A stretch of DNA of 64,000 nt from an uncultured Victivallales bacterium (GTDB lineage Bacteria; Verrucomicrobiota; Lentisphaeria; Victivallales; UBA1829): assembly GCA_944390795.1 (NCBI GenBank), contig CALXRI010000003.1, positions 7,100 to 71,099 of the forward strand. The letters run 5' to 3'. The translations under genes were made by a program, and so were the position numbers. How positions within the stretch are numbered: the first letter of the stretch is position 1; every line of letters begins with the position of its first letter. Below, piece after piece: positions 45,963 to 55,570 of this stretch. Under the pieces are notes generated by a model, which searched no databases, had not been told where the DNA came from, and worked only from the letters and a program-made list of their open reading frames with translations.

Positions 45963-46949
45963 TTAAAGAAGTTGATCCCGCAGAAAAGCCCTCCATCCGG
46001 TTCCGATGCGGAAATAATCCTGAATCAGGGGCTTGGTCAATGCGAAGAAACGGAACGGACGTTTTATTGCGCGAAGTTTCTGGCGTTCCTGAAAATAATG
46101 AAGATTGGATTCAAGAAAATCACGATTTTTTTGCGGAAGGGAAAGAGGAAAATCATTGCTGCAGCTCATGAGCGCCTTGAACAGATCAATCGTCTGCTCG
46201 ATATCCTGATCTGTCCGCATGACTTCCTGCAGACGGGAAATTCCGAACGGGATATTTGTCCGATTCGCAGGTGCTGATGCGTTGTTTGCATGAACCCGGT
46301 AAAGAGTCAGTGTCCGGTTCACATAACGCAAGGATTCAAAAAGTGCGGCGGTTTGTCCTGCCCAGACATCATGATATCGTAATGTTTCCGGCATACGCAG
46401 GAACAGGGGAACCATCGCGCGTTTCATCGCCATTGCATGGCCTGGAATAATCAGCTTGAGAGAAATCATGCACGGAAATGCATTCCCGCTGTTAATGGCT
46501 TGAAAAAGAGGTTCGGCATTTTTTAAATCGGCCGGAATGGTCGCGTGAATCGGATTCAGATTACTGTCGACCATTTCACTGTTGCAGGCCACAAGCAGAG
46601 CCTCCGGATGCGTTTCCAGTTCTCCGGCCAGAACTTCAACTTTTTCCGGCAGCCAGACATCATCCTGATCGCAGAGAAAAACAATGTCACCGGTTGTTCT
46701 GCGGACCGCGTTGCGGAAATTGCCTTCAATTCCAAGAACAGCCGGATTCCGGCTGTATTGCAGTCTGCCGTTCCATTCCTTCATGACCTGCCGGACGACG
46801 AGTTCCGTCCGGTCATTCCGGGAATCGTCGGTGATGATGATTTCATCAGGAGGTCTTGTCTGCTGAAAAAGACTTCGCAGCTGGTCTGCGATATATTTTT
46901 CTCCATTCCATGCGGCAATGGCGATTGAAATTCTGCTTGTCTGTTTCAT
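45963..46949 (-). CDS. Glycosyltransferase family 2
   Basis: 328 aa. ISIAIAAWNGEKYIADQL, EIIITDDSRND and CDQDDVW (DxD) motifs. Confidence 0.85.
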   Translation of the reverse strand: MKQTSRISIAIAAWNGEKYIADQLRSLFQQTRPPDEIIITDDSRNDRTELVVRQVMKEWNGRLQYSRNPAVLGIEGNFRNAVRRTTGDIVFLCDQDDVWLPEKVEVLAGELETHPEALLVACNSEMVDSNLNPIHATIPADLKNAEPLFQAINSGNAFPCMISLKLIIPGHAMAMKRAMVPLFLRMPETLRYHDVWAGQTAALFESLRYVNRTLTLYRVHANNASAPANRTNIPFGISRLQEVMRTDQDIEQTIDLFKALMSCSNDFPLSLPQKNRDFLESNLHYFQERQKLRAIKRPFRFFALTKPLIQDYFRIGTGWRAFLRDQLL

Positions 46950-46964
46950 GATGTATCCCTTGTT

Positions 46965-47735
46965 TCAATAACATTTGTCCCAGGAAATCCCTGCCCGGAG
47001 ATAGAGAAGATAAAGACGCGACAGCAGGAGATGGCTGTAAGCAAAACGACAGCATCGAACGGGAAGCGCCCGTCTGATGATTTGCCTGTGGGGATGAACG
47101 AAGGTATTGTAAAACTCTTTTGTCCAGAAATGTGCCGGAACAAGTCTCGTTTTCCATAAAGCATAGGAAACACTCATCTGATCCCGGTAGGAATAGTGCG
47201 AATAAAAGTCCCACCATAAGGAGGAAAATTCCTTGATATGTTCATTATTGTGCCTGCGCAGCATGCAGCAGCAGACAAAGAGCCCGAATTTTTCCGGCAT
47301 TCCGGCTTGCAGCAGATATTTTACCTGACGGTAAATGATTCCCGGGTTGTCGATCAGGCGCCGGGTGAGACAACGGGCCTCCTGATAAACGCAGATGCGA
47401 TTCGGATGCGGGAGCATTGCCAGAATCTCATTTTTCGCAATCAGTTCATCCGCCCTTTTGAAAATCTCCTCTTTCAGATCCAGATTTGCATCGACCCATA
47501 GGCTGTAATCATACTCAGGCAGCAGCAGGTGCGGATTCAGCTTCGGGTAACGGGTAAGGCGTGTCCCGGACGCGGAGGAGTAAGGAATTCTCCGGATTTG
47601 CCAGATTCCGATTTTTTCCTCCGGGATGTCATTGCTGAAGCAGATATAATCGTAATCCGGGCGAACCAGATCCGGCTGCTTCAGATCATCGTAACCGAGA
47701 GTCAGCGAGGTATAGACGACTTTTGAGTTCTTCAT
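46965..47735 (-). CDS. DUF616 (TOD1/MUCI70-like) glycosyltransferase-domain protein
   Basis: ATG 47735 (MKNSKVVYT) with an ATGA overlap onto the upstream stop. DYDYICFSND, YPKLNPHLLLPEYDYSLWVD and RDQMSVSYAL blocks. Confidence 0.65.
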   Translation of the reverse strand: MKNSKVVYTSLTLGYDDLKQPDLVRPDYDYICFSNDIPEEKIGIWQIRRIPYSSASGTRLTRYPKLNPHLLLPEYDYSLWVDANLDLKEEIFKRADELIAKNEILAMLPHPNRICVYQEARCLTRRLIDNPGIIYRQVKYLLQAGMPEKFGLFVCCCMLRRHNNEHIKEFSSLWWDFYSHYSYRDQMSVSYALWKTRLVPAHFWTKEFYNTFVHPHRQIIRRALPVRCCRFAYSHLLLSRLYLLYLRAGISWDKCY

Positions 47736-48610
47736 TTCTCTTTGTCCCTCTCCTGGAAAGACCTTTCCGAGACAATCATCCAGGGAAAACGCAGCATGTG
47801 GCAGGAGTGTTGTTTGAAAGGCCATTTTTTTAATTTTCTTTTCGCTGTCAACAGAGAACGGGATAAATGATGTTCCCCGAGAAAAGGCTTTTTTTCATAC
47901 TGGCGGATTTTCCAGCCGGTCCGAATAAAGTTGATCCCGCACTTTTCCAGATATCGTCTGAAAAATACATCGTCCCCGTAGTATCCCGAAAATTCCTCGT
48001 CATATCCATGATATTGCAGAAACGTATGTCTTCTCATACAGAAGATATTGGGGGGGACGTAAACCGGAGATTCCCATTCCAGAAGATACAGTTCATTATC
48101 CCGGATATCGGCTTCCATGCAGTTCCGGATGGTTTCTTCCGGGACGAAATGATCGATGTCGCAAAATAAGATTTTTTCAATCGTTGTATAGCAAGCACCC
48201 AGATTTCTGGCTCCTCCGCCGTTCCAGGGAATATCTTCTTGAATCCGCAGCAGGGTGATATTCAAATTCACATCCGGCAATTCTATCGGAATTTTGGAAC
48301 CGTCATCCACGATAATGATTGTCAGGAGCCGCAGAATGTCAGGTGAAAACTTTTCATATTTCCGGAGCTGCTTTTCCATTTCACTGAAATCGGAATGCTG
48401 ATAATAAACATTGTAAACAAGAGCCAAGGGGGTTTTCTCCGGCAATTTTCTTATTCCGTGAGAGCAGGGGAGAGTATTGAAATTCAGAAGTCCGGCCGAG
48501 ATGTCCCGACCGTCGAAAAAGCGTAAAATGCGTCTTGCCGTATTTTCTGCACGGACAGCCAGAGGTTCCGGCAGTTTTCTTAACTGTTTTTTTAGGAAGT
48601 CTTTTATCAT
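47732..48610 (-). CDS. Glycosyltransferase family 2-like
   Basis: IIIVDDGS, GGGARNLG, FCDIDHF (DxD) and GYDEEFSGYYGDDVFF motifs. ATG 48610 (MIKDFLKK) is preceded by AAGGAA. The track ORF extends to 48682. Confidence 0.7.
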   Translation of the reverse strand: MIKDFLKKQLRKLPEPLAVRAENTARRILRFFDGRDISAGLLNFNTLPCSHGIRKLPEKTPLALVYNVYYQHSDFSEMEKQLRKYEKFSPDILRLLTIIIVDDGSKIPIELPDVNLNITLLRIQEDIPWNGGGARNLGACYTTIEKILFCDIDHFVPEETIRNCMEADIRDNELYLLEWESPVYVPPNIFCMRRHTFLQYHGYDEEFSGYYGDDVFFRRYLEKCGINFIRTGWKIRQYEKKPFLGEHHLSRSLLTAKRKLKKWPFKQHSCHMLRFPWMIVSERSFQERDKEK

Positions 48611-48653
48611 AAATTCAATTCCTTGCAGGGGGAAATATCCCATTTTCAGAATA

Positions 48654-49652
48654 TTAACTCGAAGATGCCTGATGGAAATCACATTCGCAGCGATTTAAAT
48701 TCCGCAGACATGACGGATATTTCAGGAGCAATAAGTATTCCCAGCCATCGGAAAGTGTCCGGCAGATGAAATCATGAAGCATGGTTTTCCGTTTGTATCC
48801 GTATTGAAAATAACGGGAAAGATCATCGGCAGAAAAACGCAATGAGCGAAAATATGATGGGAAGAACAGGATTTTTCTGCGTTTGTCCGAAAAACGGACG
48901 AGTCCTGATAGATATCGGAATTTTCCCGGAATATGGCCGGAATGTTTCCCGGGACAGACTCTCTGAAAATCGCACAGACCGCATTTCCCCAGTGTGAATA
49001 CACGCAGTTTTTTTGCATGGGGCATGTCTCGTTTCTTCGAACAGGACATCTGCAGTTTCAAATGCTGGACATGAAACAGAAGTGCCTTGATCTGAAATGG
49101 ATGCATATTGCATTCCAATGGTTTCTTCCGCACAAGATCATGTCCGCCCACAGGAATATCCCCGGTTACAGCAGGGGAAAACGCTCCTCCCGTGTTGTTC
49201 CTGTGTATGTCTTTGGAGGTCCAGGTATAATGTCTGAACATTGCACCCCTGGGCAGATTGAGAAACGGATCGCTGCAGGAACTGTCGCAGATAAGCAGAT
49301 TGCGGGAAGGACTTGATTCCATGAATTGACTCATTACCGCGATTTTTCCCGGATGCCGGATATCGCCCTGATCGGAGAAGAAAATACGATCTCTTTCGGC
49401 TTTCAGCGCAAGGCAGGTGAAAATTCTTGCAAGATCAGCCCATTCCTGCTTCCTGATATATCGGAGCGTCTCTGGATCCTGATGTCGGAGCGATCTCAAA
49501 AACTGATGCACAGCATGATTTCCCGAATCTTCGCCGATCAGGATTTCATCCGGAAGCCGCCTCTGCCTGAAAAGGCTTTCCGGCAGCTCTCCGGTATCTT
49601 TTCTTGCATGACAGGGGGAAAGCAGAACAAATGTTTTATTTCCGGATTTCAT
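48654..49652 (-). CDS. Divergent GT2-like paralogue with degenerate catalytic motifs (possible pseudoenzyme or decaying copy)
   Basis: 332-aa open frame collinear with the 45963..46949 product, but with changed motifs: DEILIGEDSGN vs DEIIITDDSRND, and FSDQGDIRHP vs LCDQDDVWLP. The second half is rich in Cys, His and Arg. The start overlaps the upstream gene by 17 nt. Confidence 0.45.
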   Translation of the reverse strand: MKSGNKTFVLLSPCHARKDTGELPESLFRQRRLPDEILIGEDSGNHAVHQFLRSLRHQDPETLRYIRKQEWADLARIFTCLALKAERDRIFFSDQGDIRHPGKIAVMSQFMESSPSRNLLICDSSCSDPFLNLPRGAMFRHYTWTSKDIHRNNTGGAFSPAVTGDIPVGGHDLVRKKPLECNMHPFQIKALLFHVQHLKLQMSCSKKRDMPHAKKLRVFTLGKCGLCDFQRVCPGKHSGHIPGKFRYLSGLVRFSDKRRKILFFPSYFRSLRFSADDLSRYFQYGYKRKTMLHDFICRTLSDGWEYLLLLKYPSCLRNLNRCECDFHQASSS

Positions 49653-50430
49653 GATTCCCCTGCTGTTGCTTTAAACTGCGGATTCCATAACGATAATAAA
49701 GAATCTTCAGACGAATAATCGCAAGATAACGCAGCATGTTTTCTTGGAAAGACAAATTGCTGATTCCTTTTCTTTTCTTTTTGTGAGGATAGATGTTTTT
49801 ACTGTAAAAGGAAGACGGAAACATGATTTCCGGAGTAAGACGCGCTTGATGCAGAGCATAGGTGACACCCATTTGATCTCTGGATGAAAACTTATTGTAA
49901 AGTTCCCACCAGCATTGTGAAAATTTTACGATATCCGGGTAATTATGTTTTCGAAATAGGACCGCAGTATCATAAAAACCATAATTTCTCGGGAAGTTGT
50001 TTTGCAATAAAAATTTAGTTTGCAGATAAATCTTCTTTGGATCCCCAACTTTCCAGGCTGTCAGGATCATTGCTTCCTGATAAACGCAGCTGCGCTCCGG
50101 ATGCGGAATCATTGCCAGGGAGACGTCCCGTTCAACCAGTTGACAAATCCTGTCATTTAAAATTTGCCGGAGAGCGACCTTTGCATCCAGATAAAGACTG
50201 TAATCATAATTGGGTAGAAGCAGATGCGGATTCAATTTCGGATAATGACTTGCCCGTCCGGAATGTGCATTGTTGTAATCAAACCTGCGGATTTCCCATA
50301 TGCCGATCTGCTTCTCCGGGATATCATTGCTGAAACAGATGTAATCCCAGTCGGTCAGGATTGCTTCCGGCTGCCGCAGCTCATCATAATCATTTACAAG
50401 CACAGTATAAATACATTTCGAATTTTTCAT
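49636..50430 (-). CDS. DUF616 (TOD1/MUCI70-like) glycosyltransferase-domain protein, paralogue of 46965..47735
   Basis: 264 aa. MKNSKCIYT, DWDYICFSND, YPKLNPHLLLPNYDYSLYLD and RDQMGVTYAL. By eye about half the residues are identical to the paralogue. Confidence 0.65.
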   Translation of the reverse strand: MKNSKCIYTVLVNDYDELRQPEAILTDWDYICFSNDIPEKQIGIWEIRRFDYNNAHSGRASHYPKLNPHLLLPNYDYSLYLDAKVALRQILNDRICQLVERDVSLAMIPHPERSCVYQEAMILTAWKVGDPKKIYLQTKFLLQNNFPRNYGFYDTAVLFRKHNYPDIVKFSQCWWELYNKFSSRDQMGVTYALHQARLTPEIMFPSSFYSKNIYPHKKKRKGISNLSFQENMLRYLAIIRLKILYYRYGIRSLKQQQGNHEIRK

Positions 50431-50434
50431 CGTT

Positions 50435-51721
50435 TTAATATCTCCATGGAAATATAGAGTGAAATGTCTTTTTTAAAGCAGAACATTTCAGATCAGCAAA
50501 TTTTTTCCTGATTCCTGATGAACAACGGTAAATCAATCTTTCATACTGCAGATTCCATATGCTGTTCTGTAAAAGAAGCGCATGCACCAATTCATCTGTC
50601 TGAACACACCCTTTCCGGTGAGCCGCCAGTTCCATCAGAATTTTTTCCTGTGCGTAAATTACGGCATAATATTTCAGAAAATCGCGGATATAGTGGTCCG
50701 GGAAAAACTGGATTCCAAAGGTATTCAATCCGAAATCATGACAGAACATTTGCAATTCCGGTGTTACTCCGACAATAAAAGGTCCATGCGCATGATTTAC
50801 AGGAAAAGGATTGGCATGCACCTTGATGAGAAACCAGTCCATTTTTAGCGCTTCATTTATAATGTATTGAGAATCATATTCTTCATTGCGATTTAAGAAT
50901 ATCAATTGTTTTTTTCCAGAAGTAAAAAGCACATTATGAAACGCGGTCCCATTTATCCCCGCAATCATTTCCGCTCCCTTAAAAGTGGCAATTTGTTCTT
51001 GGAGAGACATTTGTTCCGGCATTATAGAATGAAAACCATTTTTACGAAACAGTTCTTCTAATTTTTCTTCTCCGAAGCATTTTGCCAGACCATTCCATTT
51101 TTTCCGGCTGATGAAAATTTTTTTGTGGTTTGCCGGAGGAATATTCTCTGCTGCCCGCTGAAATGGCAGAATATAGTCTTCTGTATAGTCAACATAGTAT
51201 CTGCTGGAAAGAGGTGGCAGAATCAATGTCTTGAAACGGGTGTAAGACGATAAAATAAGAAGTCGTGACCATGGGATGTGCAGCAGGTTGAAAAAATCAT
51301 ATATATACTTCGGAATAGGTGTATCTGCATTTCCCGTGACAAAGCAGAGACGCCAATTGAGTTCCGGATGTTTTAAGCAATAATATAAACGAGCTGTGCT
51401 CTGCAGCAGAAAATGTCCATAATGAAGTATCAGCATTCCGCAGTAGATAACAGTCTCATCTATATAAGGAATCGGAATCGCTGGCAGCGACACTTTTTTT
51501 TTGATAGATATACTGGTGCTTTGGATATAATGACCATATTGATCAAAAACGCCAGCCTCACTTTCTCTTCTCCCATTAGCTTCATCAAAAACTTCAAATG
51601 GAGGAGTTACAACTGCATTCTCCAGAGTCAAAACAGGAAGCTGTTCCTGTCGTAAGTGACTGGTTCCCCAGTCTTTTTGAAAAGCTTCCGCCTGTTTTTG
51701 AGGATAATAGATGCGCTTCAT
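50435..51721 (-). CDS. GT61/DUF563-like glycosyltransferase
   Basis: 428 aa. YGHFLLQSTARL block, IFISRK...GAEMIAGINGTAFHNVLF C-terminal pattern as in the DUF563 capsular GT family. Confidence 0.6.
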   Translation of the reverse strand: MKRIYYPQKQAEAFQKDWGTSHLRQEQLPVLTLENAVVTPPFEVFDEANGRRESEAGVFDQYGHYIQSTSISIKKKVSLPAIPIPYIDETVIYCGMLILHYGHFLLQSTARLYYCLKHPELNWRLCFVTGNADTPIPKYIYDFFNLLHIPWSRLLILSSYTRFKTLILPPLSSRYYVDYTEDYILPFQRAAENIPPANHKKIFISRKKWNGLAKCFGEEKLEELFRKNGFHSIMPEQMSLQEQIATFKGAEMIAGINGTAFHNVLFTSGKKQLIFLNRNEEYDSQYIINEALKMDWFLIKVHANPFPVNHAHGPFIVGVTPELQMFCHDFGLNTFGIQFFPDHYIRDFLKYYAVIYAQEKILMELAAHRKGCVQTDELVHALLLQNSIWNLQYERLIYRCSSGIRKKFADLKCSALKKTFHSIFPWRY

Positions 51722-51727
51722 GATTTT

Positions 51728-52591
51728 TTAAAGTTTTCTTTTGGAAAATGCAATGATATTTCCCTGAATGTCAGGAACGGTATGATGACATGTGACAATA
51801 AAATCGGTGTCAGTTAGAATTTTTGTTATCGCAGCATAACAACCGAAATGCCATTCCAGCAAAATCAGATCCACATCTTTCAAAATGCCGGAATGCTGAA
51901 GGTTTGCCAGAATTTCTTCCTCAGCGCCTTCACAATCTATTTTTAAGAATTTCTTCAGATTATGATATTTTGCAAAAATGGGAGCTAGCACGTCTGATGC
52001 AGATTTAATTTGAATTGTTTCTGATATTCCGAAATCAGCGTAAAGATCTTTTACGGTACTCATACTGCCTGGAAGGTCGGCATTGTAATGAATTATCTTC
52101 TCCTTCGTTGAATTGCCAAGTCCAAAAGGATTGGCGCAGATCTTGTCTTTGCAAGAAGGATTCTGCTCAATATTCTTCAACGCCTGCTGATAGGTTTTCA
52201 GAAAAGGTTCATATCCATAAATTTTTTTAATGTTCTCTTTTTGTGCAAAGTAGATGGATGCTACACCGATATTCAGTCCGATATCAATCATAAGATAATC
52301 TGCAGTATCGGTGAAATCATATTCTTTTTCACAAAAAATTCCAAATGTAGTCCATATTGTATTGGGAGAATTCCCGCTTATGATGAGGTTGTCATTGGAA
52401 ATTCTGATTTCGTCTCTGAATATTCTTAAGGAATAACCATATTTTTCAAATTTCCACCAATATTGATAAAAAGCATCCCATTTCTGCTTGTATTTGGAAT
52501 CAGGAAGGTAATGGACCAGAATACGATGAACCCGCCGTTTGAATTTGATACAGAATAAATCCCATATGGGTTTCAAAACTGCAGCTTTCAT
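51728..52591 (-). CDS. FkbM family methyltransferase
   Basis: 287 aa. MIDIGLNIGVASIYFA SAM motif and FLKIDCEGAEEEIL motif. Confidence 0.8.
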   Translation of the reverse strand: MKAAVLKPIWDLFCIKFKRRVHRILVHYLPDSKYKQKWDAFYQYWWKFEKYGYSLRIFRDEIRISNDNLIISGNSPNTIWTTFGIFCEKEYDFTDTADYLMIDIGLNIGVASIYFAQKENIKKIYGYEPFLKTYQQALKNIEQNPSCKDKICANPFGLGNSTKEKIIHYNADLPGSMSTVKDLYADFGISETIQIKSASDVLAPIFAKYHNLKKFLKIDCEGAEEEILANLQHSGILKDVDLILLEWHFGCYAAITKILTDTDFIVTCHHTVPDIQGNIIAFSKRKL

Positions 52592-53238
52592 TTGTATGCC
52601 TCTATTCTGGTATCCCTGTTTTGATATCCAGGGTGATACTGGGTAGGCAAAACAGAGATTTTGCGAAATCCTGCTTTCTGGAGTTCCTTGCAGATATGCA
52701 TGGCAGACCAGGCGAAAATGTATTTCGCATAATCTTTGTCCAGCTGTTCTGTCTCAAAATTCAAGGCAAAGATAGGACGAATGCATTCCAGATATTCATA
52801 AAGTGTGTTTTCGTCTTCACAGGAATCAAAAGTAAGTATTTTTGCCGCGATTTTCTGGATATCAGGAAATTCCAGAATCAGTGGTGCATTGTCTTTCAAT
52901 ATATGAAAGGCGGATCGGAAAAAACTGCGTGCATCTTTCAGATTAAGATATGAAATGACATGAGAAAGCAAAATTGCATCGACACTGCAAGTTGGAAAGT
53001 ATGCGGCAATATTACGCAAGTCTCCATAAAAATCTGCACGAACGGTTTTATCATTATCCAGGTTAATCCATGCATCCATATAGATACAATTACAACCTAA
53101 ATTCAATCTCACAGGAGCATCCGGATATTTTTTTTTATATAAAGTATAAAAAAGATTATGATAGATAGAACTTCTCCTGATCCGATAAAGAATGCTCCAT
53201 TTTACGCGGTAGCAAAAATGGTTCAGGCATGCTTGCAT
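52588..53238 (-). CDS. Class I SAM-dependent methyltransferase
   Basis: 216 aa. LNLGCN motif I-like and DAILLSHVISYL / LILEFPD motifs. ATGA-type overlap with the downstream FkbM gene. Confidence 0.6.
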   Translation of the reverse strand: MQACLNHFCYRVKWSILYRIRRSSIYHNLFYTLYKKKYPDAPVRLNLGCNCIYMDAWINLDNDKTVRADFYGDLRNIAAYFPTCSVDAILLSHVISYLNLKDARSFFRSAFHILKDNAPLILEFPDIQKIAAKILTFDSCEDENTLYEYLECIRPIFALNFETEQLDKDYAKYIFAWSAMHICKELQKAGFRKISVLPTQYHPGYQNRDTRIEAYK

Positions 53239-53266
53239 TTTACATTCTCCAAATTAGTCATGAGCA

Positions 53267-54400
53267 TTACCAGCCTTGCTGAATTATGTTGCAAATTCGA
53301 TACACATCACCGGTTGTCAAGTGCGTATGCAGAGGAAGAATCAGATACTTTTCCTCTACGGCATCCATGTTCGGACAGTTTTTCACTCTTCCTCCGAAAA
53401 TCGTATAACGGTCATTGCGGAAATGTACCTGATTGGATTCAACTCCATGTTCCCGGAGCTTGTTCTGCAATCCCTCGCGATTTTCCACCAGCACGGTGCA
53501 CAGCCAGGCAGCGTGGCCATGTCCGATAAAATCCGCTCCCACAACCTGGATTCCGGGCACTTTTTCAAGGCTGTCTTTATAAATGGCAAGCAGCTTCTGA
53601 CGAAGTTCCATCTTGCTGTCGAATGTTTTCAGGCTCGCCAGCCCCATTGCGGCGGCCACGTCTGTCATCTGGTATTTGAAACCGACTTCCGTAATGTCAT
53701 TTTTCCAGATCCCATTCTGTTTCGCATAACGGTCGATTCCAAACCAGCGCAGGCGTTTCAATTTGCGCTCCGTCTCCGTGCCCTGCAGAGAAATCATTCC
53801 GCCGTCAGCTGTTGTGATATGCTTGATGGCCTGAAAAGAAAACGCGGTATAGTCTGCAAGCGTACCGACAGGCCTGCCTTTGTAAAAACCGCCGAGACTC
53901 TGTGCCGCATCTTCAATAACCGGAATATGATATTCGTCCGCAATGGAACGGAGTTCCTCCATCGGGCAGAGACATCCCCCGTAGTCGACGCAGACAATCG
54001 CTCTTGTCTTTTCCGAGATCAGTTCCCTTACGTGTTTTGCGGAAATATTCATCGTTTCCGGGTCGATATCGGCAAAAACGGGTTTTGCGCCGCAGTGCAG
54101 CAGCGGAATATTTGTCGCGGTGCAGGTGAACACGGGAGTGATTACCTCATCTCCGGGCCGGATGCCGGCTGCAAGATAGGAAAGATGCAGCGCAGACGTG
54201 CCGGCATTCACCGCCACGGTTTTCCAGCCGGGGGTGAATTTCGCCGCGAATTCTCTTTCAAATTGATCCACTCGCGGACCCTGGCCGATCCAGCGTCCAT
54301 GCAGCGTTTCAACTACTTCCGGAATGACGTCTTCCGGAATGTTGGGATAGAAAAGCACAATGTTCCCCTTATTTTCCTGCATTAATGGCAAATCGCTCAT
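53267..54400 (-). CDS. DegT/DnrJ/EryC1/StrS family PLP-dependent sugar aminotransferase
   Basis: ATG 54400 (MSDLPL) with AAGGAG 10 nt upstream. The track ORF starts at 54424. GTSALHL, DEVITPVFTCTAT and the SFQAIKHITTADGG (PLP-Lys) block. Confidence 0.9.
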   Translation of the reverse strand: MSDLPLMQENKGNIVLFYPNIPEDVIPEVVETLHGRWIGQGPRVDQFEREFAAKFTPGWKTVAVNAGTSALHLSYLAAGIRPGDEVITPVFTCTATNIPLLHCGAKPVFADIDPETMNISAKHVRELISEKTRAIVCVDYGGCLCPMEELRSIADEYHIPVIEDAAQSLGGFYKGRPVGTLADYTAFSFQAIKHITTADGGMISLQGTETERKLKRLRWFGIDRYAKQNGIWKNDITEVGFKYQMTDVAAAMGLASLKTFDSKMELRQKLLAIYKDSLEKVPGIQVVGADFIGHGHAAWLCTVLVENREGLQNKLREHGVESNQVHFRNDRYTIFGGRVKNCPNMDAVEEKYLILPLHTHLTTGDVYRICNIIQQGW

Positions 54401-54552
54401 AAAATCACATCTCCTTTCCGGCATTGGAATACCGAGCGGATTTTTTTTCTGTTTCTTGTCCTGCTGAGTTGTTTTGAATGCATTTCAAATCCATATCAGT
54501 CAAGTATTTGATACATCGTCATTCCCACTGGCGAATCATTCTTCCCCCAAGT

Positions 54553-55566
54553 TCAAGTCTGATAGAACGCGCGGTACCAGGCAACGAAATTGCCGACACC
54601 TTCCTCTAACGGCGTGGATGGCGAAAAGTCATAATCACGCTTCAGTTTCGTTGTGTCCGCCCAGGTGCGGTACATGTCGCCGGGCTGAAGCGGGAGAAGA
54701 TTCAGCTGCGCTGTTTTTCCCGTCGCCTTTTCCAGAGCGTGAACAAAGTCCATCAGTCCGACGGGGTGACCGTTGCCGATGTTGTAAACCCGGAACGGAA
54801 CCTCATCCGCCTTGCAGAGCGGCTTTTGCAGGACGCGCACGACTCCTTCCACAATGTCGCCGATGTAGGTGAAATCCCGCTGCATGTCTCCGTGGTTGTA
54901 AAGCGGAATCGGTTTTCCTTCCAGAATGGCTCTGGTAAAACGGAAGAGCGCCATGTCCGGACGTCCCCAGGGGCCGTAAACCGTGAAGAAACGTAGTCCC
55001 GTGGAAACCAGTCCGAACAGCGACGCGTAGGAGGAAACCATCAGTTCGCTGCTTTTTTTCGTCGCGGCATACAGACTGACCGGATTCGCCAGCGGATCAT
55101 CCTCGGAAAACGGAATATTGGGGGAACTCCCGTAGACACTGGAGCTGGAGGCGAAGACAAAATGTTCCACGGGATTTTCACGGCATCCTTCCAGAATATT
55201 GAAAAAGCCGTCGATATTGCTCTGAATGTAGACGGACGGATTTTCCACGCTGTAGCGGACACCCGCCTGAGCGGCCAGATGGCACACCCCGTCAAAACGC
55301 TCCCTGTGAAACAGTTTGACAATGGATGCCGCGTCTTCCAGGCTCATCTGGCAGAACCTGCCGCCGGAAGGCGCGGAAAGCATCCGTCCGTAAGCGATTG
55401 ATTCCGGCTCGAAACCGCAGTCTTTCAGACGGGCCAGCTTGAGATTCACGTCGTAGTAGTTGTTGAGGTTGTCAATCCCGAGCACGTCATAGCCCATGGA
55501 GACAAGCCGCTTGTAAAGATGATGACCGATGAAGCCGGCCGCGCCTGTCACAAGAATTTTCTGCAT
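54553..55566 (-). CDS. NAD-dependent nucleotide-sugar epimerase (UDP-glucuronate 4-epimerase-like SDR)
   Basis: ATG 55566 (MQKILVTGAAGFIGHH). DNLNNYYDV and YAATK catalytic motifs. Confidence 0.85.
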   Translation of the reverse strand: MQKILVTGAAGFIGHHLYKRLVSMGYDVLGIDNLNNYYDVNLKLARLKDCGFEPESIAYGRMLSAPSGGRFCQMSLEDAASIVKLFHRERFDGVCHLAAQAGVRYSVENPSVYIQSNIDGFFNILEGCRENPVEHFVFASSSSVYGSSPNIPFSEDDPLANPVSLYAATKKSSELMVSSYASLFGLVSTGLRFFTVYGPWGRPDMALFRFTRAILEGKPIPLYNHGDMQRDFTYIGDIVEGVVRVLQKPLCKADEVPFRVYNIGNGHPVGLMDFVHALEKATGKTAQLNLLPLQPGDMYRTWADTTKLKRDYDFSPSTPLEEGVGNFVAWYRAFYQT

Positions 55567-55570
55567 GAAA

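Noticed and set aside
2664-54385. Long antisense ORFs shadowing almost every real gene. Examples: 2664..4376 -, 4249..5562 -, 5611..7008 -, 6990..8243 -, 11124..12383 -, 15976..17556 -, 21527..22885 +, 24616..25704 -, 26020..27303 -, 29133..31940 -, 31930..33495 -, 41823..43055 +, 53276..54385 +
   Set aside because: This is a systematic property of GC3-rich codon usage, which depletes stop codons in one antisense frame. In every case the opposite strand carries clear family motifs, while the antisense product looks low-complexity and Arg-rich. I found no evidence for overlapping genes.
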